From NCBI GenBank assembly GCA_041659405.1, contig JBAZYK010000001.1:60001-92000 (forward strand): a stretch of DNA of 32,000 nucleotides, written 5' to 3'. The DNA is from Candidatus Altimarinota bacterium. Lineage in GTDB: Bacteria > Patescibacteriota > Gracilibacteria > UBA1369. Each line of letters starts with the position of its first letter. The first letter of the stretch is position 1. The notes beneath the pieces are model-generated. The model was given only the letters and a program-made list of their open reading frames with translations. It made no database searches and was not told the DNA's origin. The translations under genes were made by a program, and so were the position numbers. Positions 24,041 to 31,981 of this stretch are shown piece by piece.

Positions 24041-24267
24041 CGTCAGAGACAGTAGGTCCGCTTTTGGGAACTTGTGATATAAGAAAGGTCGAATCATTAA
24101 GCCAAAACTATAAATCCTGCCGAGACCAGACACAAGGCGTAGCCGAAGTGTCCCTAAAAAGGAAGCGAGCCGCAAGGCAAGCAACCCGGAACGGAGTGGA
24201 AGCCAATAGGCCAAAACAAAGTTCCCTAGGATTGTTCTCAACTGTCATGACTGTTGAGATTTTTTTA
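24041..24267 (+). promoter_or_regulatory. Structured 5' leader RNA of rplJ-rplL ending in an intrinsic terminator (L10-leader-like candidate)
   Basis: Long-range 8-bp helix GGGAACUU (24066..24073) / AAGUUCCC (24219..24226). Hairpin GACAC-AA-GGC-GUA-GCC-GAA-GUGUC (24129..24152). GNRA hairpin GCGAGCC-GCAA-GGCAAGC with tandem G.A/A.A (24165..24182). Duplicated GCCAAAAC (24101..24108 and 24210..24217). Terminator stem UCUCAAC/GUUGAGA (24236..24259) plus a U8 tract (24260..24267), 9 nt before the ATG. Confidence 0.55.
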
Positions 24268-24276
24268 AATTATTCT

Positions 24277-24807
24277 ATGGCTGTTACAAAGGCAAAAAAA
24301 TCCGAAGTCCTAAACGAACTAAATGAAAAGTTCGCAAAAGCAAAAGCAATTTATTTTGCTCAGAACAAAGGTCTTCCGGTAAAAAAGATTACTGATCTTC
24401 GCAAAAAACTCTACAAGGATGGTGTTGAAATGATGGTAGCAAAAAAGACTCTTATTCGTCTTTCAGCTAAAAACAACAATCTGCCAGAGATCCCGGATAG
24501 TATGATGGAAGGTGCCGTTTCGGCTTCTTTCAGCTACTTGGACGTGGTTGCTCCAGCTCGTCTTTTGTATCAATTTTCGAAAACTAACGAAAATTTACAA
24601 TTACTTGGCGCAATCGTTGATGGCAAATTGATGAGCAAAGCCGAAGTTAATCAGTTAGCTACATTACCTTCACGTGAAGTATTGTTGGCAAAATTGGTTG
24701 GCAGTATGAAGTCTCCTATTTCCGGTCTTCACGGAGTACTTTCCGGTGTTATGCGTAAATTTGTTTACAGTCTTAAAGCTGTACACGATAAAAAAGCTTC
24801 AGCTTAG
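24277..24807 (+). CDS. rplJ: 50S ribosomal protein L10
   Basis: From ATG 24277: MAVTKAKKSEVLNELNEKFAKAKAIYFAQNKGLPVKKITDLRKKLYKDGVEMMVAKKTLIRLS... Typical L10 start, ~176 aa length, and position directly upstream of rplL. The track start 24064 would translate the structured leader. Confidence 0.9.
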   Translation: MAVTKAKKSEVLNELNEKFAKAKAIYFAQNKGLPVKKITDLRKKLYKDGVEMMVAKKTLIRLSAKNNNLPEIPDSMMEGAVSASFSYLDVVAPARLLYQFSKTNENLQLLGAIVDGKLMSKAEVNQLATLPSREVLLAKLVGSMKSPISGLHGVLSGVMRKFVYSLKAVHDKKASA

Positions 24808-24885
24808 TTTGAAGCCGGACTCGCCCGGTGCGAGCGGTTATTATCACGAAAATTCTAAATATTTATTTCATAATTTATTACTCAA

Positions 24886-25275
24886 ATGGCAGACGTAACT
24901 CTTAGCAAGGATGCAGAAAAAATCCTTGAAATGGTTGAACAACTTACAGTTCTCGACCTTGCAAACCTGGTAAAGGCAATGGAAGAAAAATTCGGTGTTA
25001 GCGCAGCAGCTCCAGTTATGATGGCAGCAGCAGGTGGCGCAGCAGCTCCAGCTGAAGAAGAATCAGCTACTGTTACAGTTACACTTCTTTCATCAGGTGC
25101 ACAAAAAATCAACGTAATCAAAGCGGTTCGTGAGGTTACAGGTCTTGGTCTTAAAGAAGCTAAAGACTTAGTTGATGGCGCTCCAAAGCCAGTTAAAGAA
25201 GGAGTACCACGCGACGAAGCAGCTAAAATGAAGAAAGCTTTGGAAGACGCAGGCGCAACAGTTGAGGTTAAATAG
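24886..25275 (+). CDS. rplL: 50S ribosomal protein L7/L12
   Basis: [24 protein letters not shown], an Ala-rich hinge, then [51 protein letters not shown]. Unmistakable L7/L12. Confidence 0.95.
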   Translation: MADVTLSKDAEKILEMVEQLTVLDLANLVKAMEEKFGVSAAAPVMMAAAGGAAAPAEEESATVTVTLLSSGAQKINVIKAVREVTGLGLKEAKDLVDGAPKPVKEGVPRDEAAKMKKALEDAGATVEVK

Positions 25276-25300
25276 TTAGAGACTCAAAAAATATAAATTA

Positions 25301-25331
25301 AAAAGCCCCGGAATTTTTCGGGGCTTTTTTT
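25301..25331. terminator. Bidirectional Rho-independent terminator (rplL and the convergent lipoprotein gene)
   Basis: AAAA-GCCCCG-gaattttt-CGGGGC-TTTTTTT: a perfect 6-bp GC stem (25305..25310 / 25319..25324) flanked by A and T runs. Confidence 0.85.
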
Positions 25332-25373
25332 GATGATTGATTTAAGGATGAAGAAAATTTTGAGACCTGATAT

Positions 25374-26426
25374 CTATTTTTTCTTTGAATCTTTTCCGGC
25401 AAGCTCTTTTTCACAGGCCCTGCGTCTATCAAATTTGTTTATTTCTGCCTGTAGATATGCTTTTCTTCCTGCTGTTGTTGGATTTTCAACATAAGCAGCG
25501 ACCACGCTTTCCAAAGCTTCACTTTTAGATTTAAATTCTGGATCGCTATCTGTACATGTCAAAAATTCTTCCGTCTCGGTCCAATGAAGATTTTTTCGAG
25601 TTTGTTTTAACAATCCAGCAATGCCCGCGTCTTTTTTAGCTTCTTTTTTCATTCGATCTGTACATTTCACTTTTTCTGTTAGTTTTGCAGTTTCCAGTTG
25701 CATTAAAGCTCCATAAGCTTCCGTAGTTGGACTATCATAAAAGGCTTGTCTGCGCTTATCGCTTCCACCACCCGTAGTTTTGTCAGCAACAAGTTCACAA
25801 GCTTTCCAATCGGTCTGGCTCTGGCCTCCACTATAAGAGCGCATATTTAAATCTTTTTGAATAGCACCCTGCTTTTTCTCTTCATCCTTAAACGCCGGAT
25901 CCTTCATTATTTCCTGAGCTTTTTTGGCTTTTGGTGGGCATTCTATAGCCACCTGATGAAGGCAGGCATTCCCTGCTTCATATACTTCAGCTAATTTGTC
26001 AGCCAGTCCTCTTTTGATCATTTCATCATCAATACATGTGTCATTTGGATCAAATGCACCTGAACATGATGCCATAACATCGTCAGGTATATTTTTTTTA
26101 CTTAATACTCTAAGTCCACTGACACATTCTTTGCTAGCATTTTGGCAAATAAAGGCAATTTTCGGCTCAATTTTTTGTAATTCGCTAATTAGTGCGTTTT
26201 GTTCAGCCATAAGAGCAGAAACCTTGTCTTTTATGGCTTTTGCGTTCTTGGTAGCATCTTCAGAATGATCATTTTGTGGCAGCACGTTCACACTATGTCC
26301 AGTTTCAGAAGAATCAGCTTTTAAACCCAGTTGAGTTGGTGTTGGCGTTGGCGCAGTTTTTGCAGTTTGATTATGACAGGCAGCAAGCGCCAGAGATGCC
26401 GATAAAACGAAGTCTAATTTTTTCAT
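25374..26426 (-). CDS. Cys-containing lipoprotein of unknown function (350 aa)
   Basis: MKKLDFVLSASLALAAC with lipobox L-A-A-C, a Thr/Pro linker (TAPTPTPTQ), then a charged helical protein with 10 further cysteines. Confidence 0.65.
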   Translation of the reverse strand: MKKLDFVLSASLALAACHNQTAKTAPTPTPTQLGLKADSSETGHSVNVLPQNDHSEDATKNAKAIKDKVSALMAEQNALISELQKIEPKIAFICQNASKECVSGLRVLSKKNIPDDVMASCSGAFDPNDTCIDDEMIKRGLADKLAEVYEAGNACLHQVAIECPPKAKKAQEIMKDPAFKDEEKKQGAIQKDLNMRSYSGGQSQTDWKACELVADKTTGGGSDKRRQAFYDSPTTEAYGALMQLETAKLTEKVKCTDRMKKEAKKDAGIAGLLKQTRKNLHWTETEEFLTCTDSDPEFKSKSEALESVVAAYVENPTTAGRKAYLQAEINKFDRRRACEKELAGKDSKKK

Positions 26427-26598
26427 TGTTGAAGGAAAATTGAGTTAAAATTGGATAACTTACGTTTGGACTGCATCCTATCCCTCAGTGGCCTTTACAT
26501 ATCCTGAAAATATTGACTCCGCCAGTGCCGGGAAAAGTACACCGTGAGTAGTAAGCCAAAAACCGACTATCCACTTTATAAACCTTCGGTGCCGAAGT

Positions 26599-27093
26599 TT
26601 ATTCATTTATTTTATCAGCCACATCGTTCATGCAGGAAAGTGCACGTTTTTCGCAAGGAATAAGTTTTTTTAAAGCTGGAGTTTCTATAGTTGCTGCTTT
26701 CATGCCTTCTATTTCACCACAAACCACAGAAGGATCTATTCCGGTTATCATTTCAAAATTATCGCATTGAGCGTCAATTCTTCGATTAATAAAATCATGA
26801 GCTGGTTCACTTAATTTAATGGATTTCCTCAATTGAGCTTCACAGTCAGTCAGTTTTTTTTCGCAATCAGCAAATTGTTTACTCAGGTCTGGAGAGGGAG
26901 TGCCTGCTAAAGTTTTTTCAATTTCGTTTCTTTGAAGATTAATTTTATGATCAATAATCATTATCTCATCTCGTGCCTCTTTTGCGGCAGCAACTCTATT
27001 CAAACATTGCCCAGCACCAAACACTTCAGCAGCTGACCCGGCTACGATACCGCCAATAACTAATGCATGTTTTATTCGTGAATCTAATGACAT
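26599..27093 (-). CDS. Small signal-anchored or secreted Cys-containing protein (164 aa)
   Basis: From ATG 27093: MSLDSRIKHALVIGGIVAGSAAEVFGAGQC..., a hydrophobic N-terminus followed by a helical region with 7 cysteines. The track start 27114 is a TTG. A hairpin CTTCGG-TG-CCGAAG sits just downstream at about 26583..26598. Confidence 0.5.
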   Translation of the reverse strand: MSLDSRIKHALVIGGIVAGSAAEVFGAGQCLNRVAAAKEARDEIMIIDHKINLQRNEIEKTLAGTPSPDLSKQFADCEKKLTDCEAQLRKSIKLSEPAHDFINRRIDAQCDNFEMITGIDPSVVCGEIEGMKAATIETPALKKLIPCEKRALSCMNDVADKINE

Positions 27094-27243
27094 ATTTATA
27101 AAATTATTTGCCAACTAGGTAACTCATTTAAACATAACTTGTATTTATTGTCAAATTCAAATCTACGTCTCATTGACCGCCATTCTGTACCTCAGACCCT
27201 TTTTGTGCTAAAATGATGAGAAAATTAAAAATAAAAACTAATT

Positions 27244-28677
27244 ATGGCAAATCCTCTTATCGATCTTTCGAATAATTCTTCCGGAAATGCGGATGCTGCG
27301 AAGACTACGCCTGCGGCTAAAACTCCGCCCGTGTTGGAGTTGAAACCTGAGTCGAAGCCGACCGCTGCCCCAAAAGCCCCAGTAGCTTCCGTGAAACCGG
27401 ATGCAGCTTCACCAAAACCACTGGACGAAAACCTGAGTTTTTCGAATATTTTTACCCAGTCCAAACCTACGGAAAAAGATTCAAAAATGGTTCGATCTAT
27501 CATCGCCCAAAAGGAATCTTTGCAGCAGATGAAGCCAATTTTAGGCTCTGCTCCTGATTTGGAAAAAACGCTGGAAATGGAAAAACAGTATCGTCTTAAA
27601 CGAAAATTGCGCCTGGTTCAAACATTGTTTGTGATAGTTTTTGTTTTGAGTGCAGGCATGTTTGGGTTTTTGTATACTCAACTTTCTCCGGATTTTGGCT
27701 ACTTTGGCGCAAACGTGACCCAACGGCTTACGGACGAAAATAGCAATTTGCGCAAACTTCAGACTGACTTAAACAAGGTTCATTACCTCACCGCTCAGCA
27801 GAATTTAAACAATTTCAGTTATCAGGCTGATCGCTTTTTTGGAAATATGATCAGATCGCAAGATCCGAATGTTACCGCCCAGGATAAAACCGTAGCTTTA
27901 GCCAATATCGAAGCGGCTAAAAAGACTTTACCAAATTTATTGGCTGATATTCGTGTAAATTTAACTGCTCCGTTCGTGGCTCAAACATTTCAAAGCCTGG
28001 CAGAACCGGCACAAACCGATGATGAAAAATTAAGCAAGGCCGAAGAGGATCTGCGTACTGCAATTCAGGACGATAAAAGAGCTATCGGTCCAAAACCCAC
28101 CAGCATTGACGATATTCAAACCGGTAAACTGCTGGATAATACGCTTAAACTCGTTGGAAACCGTCAACTTATCAACACAATTCAAAGTATTTCTTTAGAC
28201 GATTTCAAGAAAAGTCTTGAAGATTTTCAGGCTACGAATAATCAACAAAATGAAACTCATTTGCGTGATCTGATTGGGAAAATTCTATCTTCAACCAACA
28301 GTGAACTGGCTACGATTGCCGATGTAAAACACACCCGTATTTTATGGTCAACGATCGTAAAGCGAATTGATGGGGTAACTGCGGAAGTTTATGCCGCTTA
28401 TAATCCTCCAATCGCGCAGGATAGTATCCGTTATACCGGTTATGATTTTGATACGGCAACCAACAAAATTGTGCTTTCCGGAGCGACAAAAACGACTTCC
28501 GGAGCAAACTTCACACTGATGAGCGACTTGATGGCGCACCTGGAACAATCTCCATATTTTCAGAAAATTGAGATGCGTTCATTTTCAAAAAACAAACAGG
28601 GTGATGGCACGACAACAGCCGCCGGATATTCCGCAAATTTCAAAATTGATTTAAAGCTTTCCGCAAGCGGTTCTTGA
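27244..28677 (+). CDS. Bitopic membrane protein, PilN-like pilus assembly component (oversized, 477 aa)
   Basis: Pro/Ala/Lys-rich cytoplasmic region of ~120 aa and a single TM (VQTLFVIVFVLSAGMFGFLY, about residues 124-144). Then a coiled-coil-like segment (NLRKLQTDLNKV...) and a C-terminal module NFTLMSDLMAHLEQSPYFQKIEMRSFSK...ANFKIDLKL, resembling the PilN/PilO ferredoxin-like end. Sits first in the pilus operon. It is the only gene in the window ending in TGA. Confidence 0.55.
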   Translation: MANPLIDLSNNSSGNADAAKTTPAAKTPPVLELKPESKPTAAPKAPVASVKPDAASPKPLDENLSFSNIFTQSKPTEKDSKMVRSIIAQKESLQQMKPILGSAPDLEKTLEMEKQYRLKRKLRLVQTLFVIVFVLSAGMFGFLYTQLSPDFGYFGANVTQRLTDENSNLRKLQTDLNKVHYLTAQQNLNNFSYQADRFFGNMIRSQDPNVTAQDKTVALANIEAAKKTLPNLLADIRVNLTAPFVAQTFQSLAEPAQTDDEKLSKAEEDLRTAIQDDKRAIGPKPTSIDDIQTGKLLDNTLKLVGNRQLINTIQSISLDDFKKSLEDFQATNNQQNETHLRDLIGKILSSTNSELATIADVKHTRILWSTIVKRIDGVTAEVYAAYNPPIAQDSIRYTGYDFDTATNKIVLSGATKTTSGANFTLMSDLMAHLEQSPYFQKIEMRSFSKNKQGDGTTTAAGYSANFKIDLKLSASGS

Positions 28678-28699
28678 CACTTATTTGTAAATTATTTTT

Positions 28700-29356
28700 A
28701 TGGCAACAGCCGCAATTAAAAAAAGAGGTTATATCAATTCCATCCAAAGTTATTTAATTTTTGGAGCGATTCTGCTTGGCGTATCCGCCTATTTTGGCTA
28801 TCAACAAATCAACAATTACTTGGCCGCGAATGACGCTTTAAAGCTTGAACAGGACAATTTATCAACTATGCAAACCAACGTTGCCCAGGTTAAAACCGAC
28901 TACGCAAATTTGAAAAAACAATATGATGAACAGATCGCGAGCATTAATGACGCTCTGCAATTTGTGTTGCCTGAGCAGGAAGCTTATACCAATCTGGTTC
29001 GTATTTTTGATCAATTTTCCGCACAGAATAATTCACAGGCAAATCCATTTTTTGTCAGTGATGTAAAATTTGGAACTTCACGTCAGGATACCAAAAACGA
29101 CTATTCAGTTTTGCCGGTTACAATGACAATCAACGCCAGCAAAAGTAATTTAATGAAATTCCTGCAATTTATTGAAAATTCCGGAATGCTGGAAAACAAG
29201 ACCAGGCTGATGGATATTCGATCAATCAGTATTAATTTTTCTTCCGCGGATGGCGCCAGTGATCCCACCTTAAATGTTTCACTTGCCGTGAATGCTTATT
29301 TTCAAAAAACTAAAACTACTACAACAGCTACAACCGCTACAACTCCTACAAATTAA
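28700..29356 (+). CDS. PilO-like pilus assembly protein
   Basis: Short N-terminus, TM (YLIFGAILLGVSAYFGY), coiled coil (LKLEQDNLSTMQTNVAQVKTDYANLKKQYDEQ), then YSVLPVTMTINASKSNLMKFLQFIENS...RLMDIRSISI. This is the PilO topology and motif order. Thr-rich tail. Confidence 0.6.
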   Translation: MATAAIKKRGYINSIQSYLIFGAILLGVSAYFGYQQINNYLAANDALKLEQDNLSTMQTNVAQVKTDYANLKKQYDEQIASINDALQFVLPEQEAYTNLVRIFDQFSAQNNSQANPFFVSDVKFGTSRQDTKNDYSVLPVTMTINASKSNLMKFLQFIENSGMLENKTRLMDIRSISINFSSADGASDPTLNVSLAVNAYFQKTKTTTTATTATTPTN

Positions 29357-29368
29357 GGTCTGACTACA

Positions 29369-30619
29369 ATGCCCGAAGCAACCAAATTACAACAATTACA
29401 GGACTCAATTTTAGCGGGAAATATTCCCCAGCTGGTTTTGAGCACGATTAGTTATGCTTTGGATTTGCGATCTTCCGATATCCATATAGAGCCACAGGAA
29501 AACACTGTGCGCATTCGTTATCGCGTTGATGGTGTGTTGCGCCAGATTGTTGAATACCCTTTAAATATTCATCCGGCTGTCGTTTCGCGCATTAAAATTA
29601 TGTCCAATTTGAAGATTGATGAACAACGTATTCCGCAGGATGGACGCTCGGAAGTGACCACAAAAGATGGCCGTGAAATGGATTTGCGTGTTTCAACTTT
29701 GCCAACCGTAAACGGTGAAAAGATTGTAATGCGTATTCAGGATCGTTCACGCAAAATTCCCGATCTGCCGGAACTTGGCTTGCAGTCTAGCAGTTTACGT
29801 TCTTTTGAACAGGCTTTGGCGCTTCCAAATGGAATTATTTTAACAACAGGACCAACCGGTTCGGGAAAAACTACAACCATGTATTCGGCTTTGGCCCGCC
29901 TAAATAAAATTGATGTAAATATTTTAACAATTGAAGATCCGGTAGAAATCCAAATGGATGGCTTGAATCAAAGTCAGGTTCACGCGGATATTAATTACAC
30001 CTTTGCAAATGGCTTGCGTACGGCTTTACGTCAGGATCCGAACATTATAATGGTGGGTGAAATTCGTGATCGTGAAACAATTGAAATTGCGATTGAAGCG
30101 TCTTTAACAGGTCATTTGGTTTTATCAACAATTCATACAAACAGCGCGGTGGAAACTTTAACACGTATTGATAACATGGGAGTTCCGCCATTTTTGATGG
30201 CTTCAACAATTGAACTTATTATTGCGCAGCGCTTGGTTAGAAAACTGTGCGATGCCTGCAAACAGCCCGATACTCCGAGTGCCGAGATGGTGGACAATGT
30301 AAATCATGCATTAAAAAGCTTGCAGCCGACCGATGAAATCGAACCGGAAAAACTAAAAACCATGTCTTTCTTTAAGGCGGTTGGTTGTGATGTTTGTGAG
30401 CATATCGGTTATAAAGGACGTCTTGGTTTATATGAAATTTTAAGAATGAATAATGAAATTCGCAAACTGGTTTTGGCCAGAGCGAGTTCTATAGATATAG
30501 AAAAAGCGGCAATGAAAAATGGCATGGTTACTCTGGAACAAGCCGGAATTATTAAGGCTCTTAAAGGAGAAACTGCGCTGGACGAAATTTACCGCGTGGC
30601 GAAGAGGATGGAGGAATAA
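29369..30619 (+). CDS. pilB: GspE/PilB-family secretion ATPase (short form, 416 aa)
   Basis: SDIHIEP, RIRYRVDG, Walker A GPTGSGKTTT, Asp box, Walker B IMVGEIRD, His box TGHLVLSTIHTN, and the tetracysteine motif CDAC...CDVC..IGYKGR typical of PilB/GspE rather than PilT. Confidence 0.9.
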   Translation: MPEATKLQQLQDSILAGNIPQLVLSTISYALDLRSSDIHIEPQENTVRIRYRVDGVLRQIVEYPLNIHPAVVSRIKIMSNLKIDEQRIPQDGRSEVTTKDGREMDLRVSTLPTVNGEKIVMRIQDRSRKIPDLPELGLQSSSLRSFEQALALPNGIILTTGPTGSGKTTTMYSALARLNKIDVNILTIEDPVEIQMDGLNQSQVHADINYTFANGLRTALRQDPNIIMVGEIRDRETIEIAIEASLTGHLVLSTIHTNSAVETLTRIDNMGVPPFLMASTIELIIAQRLVRKLCDACKQPDTPSAEMVDNVNHALKSLQPTDEIEPEKLKTMSFFKAVGCDVCEHIGYKGRLGLYEILRMNNEIRKLVLARASSIDIEKAAMKNGMVTLEQAGIIKALKGETALDEIYRVAKRMEE

Positions 30620-30677
30620 CTCGGGATGTGGGACTTAGGTTCAATTATAAATTATAAAATTTCTTAATTAAAACGAC

Positions 30678-31955
30678 GTGCCGGAAAAACAATCGAAAGG
30701 ATTTGGACAATCAGAAAACAAACAACTCTTTACTTTAAAAGCTGAAGAGTCAAAAGAGCCTATGCTGGATAAGCAAATTCAGCTTAATATTGCCGATGCC
30801 CGCGTAGGCAAAATTCTCCTGCGTCAAAAGTTGGGTTACAATCACCTGACGGGGAATCCGATAATTGACTTTTATGGCCGTATAAATGGTTATTTTGTCG
30901 ATCACACTAAAATCAAAATCAAAGATAAGGCAACCGTTTTTCGTTTGCTTGCGGTGATGATTAATGCCGGACTTTCGATTATTAAATCATTGAAAACTCT
31001 GGCTTCGCAGAATGAAAAAATCCCAAGACTCAGCAAAACTTTGCTGCAAATGGCGGACGCGATTGAAGGTGGAAAAAGTCTTTCCGGTGCCATGGAACAA
31101 TATCCCGAGATTTTCAGTGAAGCCGAAATTGGTATGGTACATGCCGGTGAGGCTTCGGGCCAACTTAATAAAACTTTGCGTGACCTGGCGGAAGATGTGG
31201 AAAAATCGGCCAGTTTAATGGGCAAAATCAAGGGCGCCCTGGTTTATCCAATTGCGATTATGGGGCTTGTAGTTGTGGTTGTTTTTGTGATGATGATTGT
31301 GGTTGTGCCGCAACTCAGTAAACTTTTTTCGCAAACCGGTCATGATTTGCCTTTGCCAACCCAGGTTCTGATGGGCATCAGTAATTTTTCAGTAAATTTT
31401 TGGCCACTGATTTTGTTGATAGCTTCGATAAGTTTTGTGGCGATTACCGCCTGGAAAAAAACTAAATCCGGAAAATATTTTTGGGATTTGATGCTGTTGA
31501 AATTGCCGATTTTTGGCAATGTGATCCAAAAAGGTACGTTGGCAAAATTCGCCCGTTCTTTTGGAAACCTGCTTGGTAGCGGCGTTCCGATTATTAAATC
31601 TTTGGAAATTGTGGGAAATGCAATTGGCAATGAAGTTTATAAAGAAAGACTTTTTTTAACCGCGGAAGATATGAAACGCGGTATTCCGATGGCCGAGAAT
31701 ATGGCTGAAAGCAAGCTTTTTCCGTCCATGCTTGTAAACATGATTGAAATCGGCGAACAAACCGCGCAGCTTGAAAACGTGACCAAAAAAGTTGCGGAAT
31801 TTTATGATGAAGAGGTTGATAACGTGGTTAACGCGCTGACTAAAGTGATGGAGCCGATGATTATGGTGATCGTTGGTGTGGTTGTTGGAGGAATCGTTGC
31901 GGCCATCATGCTGCCAATTATTCAACTTACAAATATCACTGGTGGATTTTCGTAA
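30678..31955 (+). CDS. pilC: GspF/PilC-family inner-membrane platform protein
   Basis: Two GspF repeats (ATVFRLLAVMINAGLSIIKSL..L; LAKFARSFGNLLGSGVPIIKSLEIV), three TM segments and a conserved C-terminus EP.....G..VG.IV.A..LPI. The start is uncertain: GTG 30678 or ATG 30762. Confidence 0.9.
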   Translation: MPEKQSKGFGQSENKQLFTLKAEESKEPMLDKQIQLNIADARVGKILLRQKLGYNHLTGNPIIDFYGRINGYFVDHTKIKIKDKATVFRLLAVMINAGLSIIKSLKTLASQNEKIPRLSKTLLQMADAIEGGKSLSGAMEQYPEIFSEAEIGMVHAGEASGQLNKTLRDLAEDVEKSASLMGKIKGALVYPIAIMGLVVVVVFVMMIVVVPQLSKLFSQTGHDLPLPTQVLMGISNFSVNFWPLILLIASISFVAITAWKKTKSGKYFWDLMLLKLPIFGNVIQKGTLAKFARSFGNLLGSGVPIIKSLEIVGNAIGNEVYKERLFLTAEDMKRGIPMAENMAESKLFPSMLVNMIEIGEQTAQLENVTKKVAEFYDEEVDNVVNALTKVMEPMIMVIVGVVVGGIVAAIMLPIIQLTNITGGFS

Positions 31956-31981
31956 AATTATAAAAATCTAAACTAACCAAT

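Noticed and set aside
24075-24100. RNase P-like AGAAAGGUC string
   Set aside because: Only a loose resemblance to GAGGAAAGUCC. The element is far too short for RNase P RNA, and the P4 3' strand motif is absent.
24160-24205. Possible SRP RNA domain IV (GGAAGCGAGCCGCAAGGCA and CCCGGAACGG resemble GGAAGCAGCCAAGGCAG / a GGAA tetraloop)
   Set aside because: The motif order is wrong: in SRP RNA the GGAA tetraloop precedes GGAAGCAGCC. The flanking helix 8 pairing cannot be drawn either, and no Alu or helix 5 partner is present.
23930-24241. 103 aa minus-strand ORF and the 71-codon upstream extension of the rplJ ORF (24064..24276)
   Set aside because: Both lie in the promoter-to-terminator structured leader. 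L10 begins at MAVTKAKK (24277), and neither translation looks protein-like.
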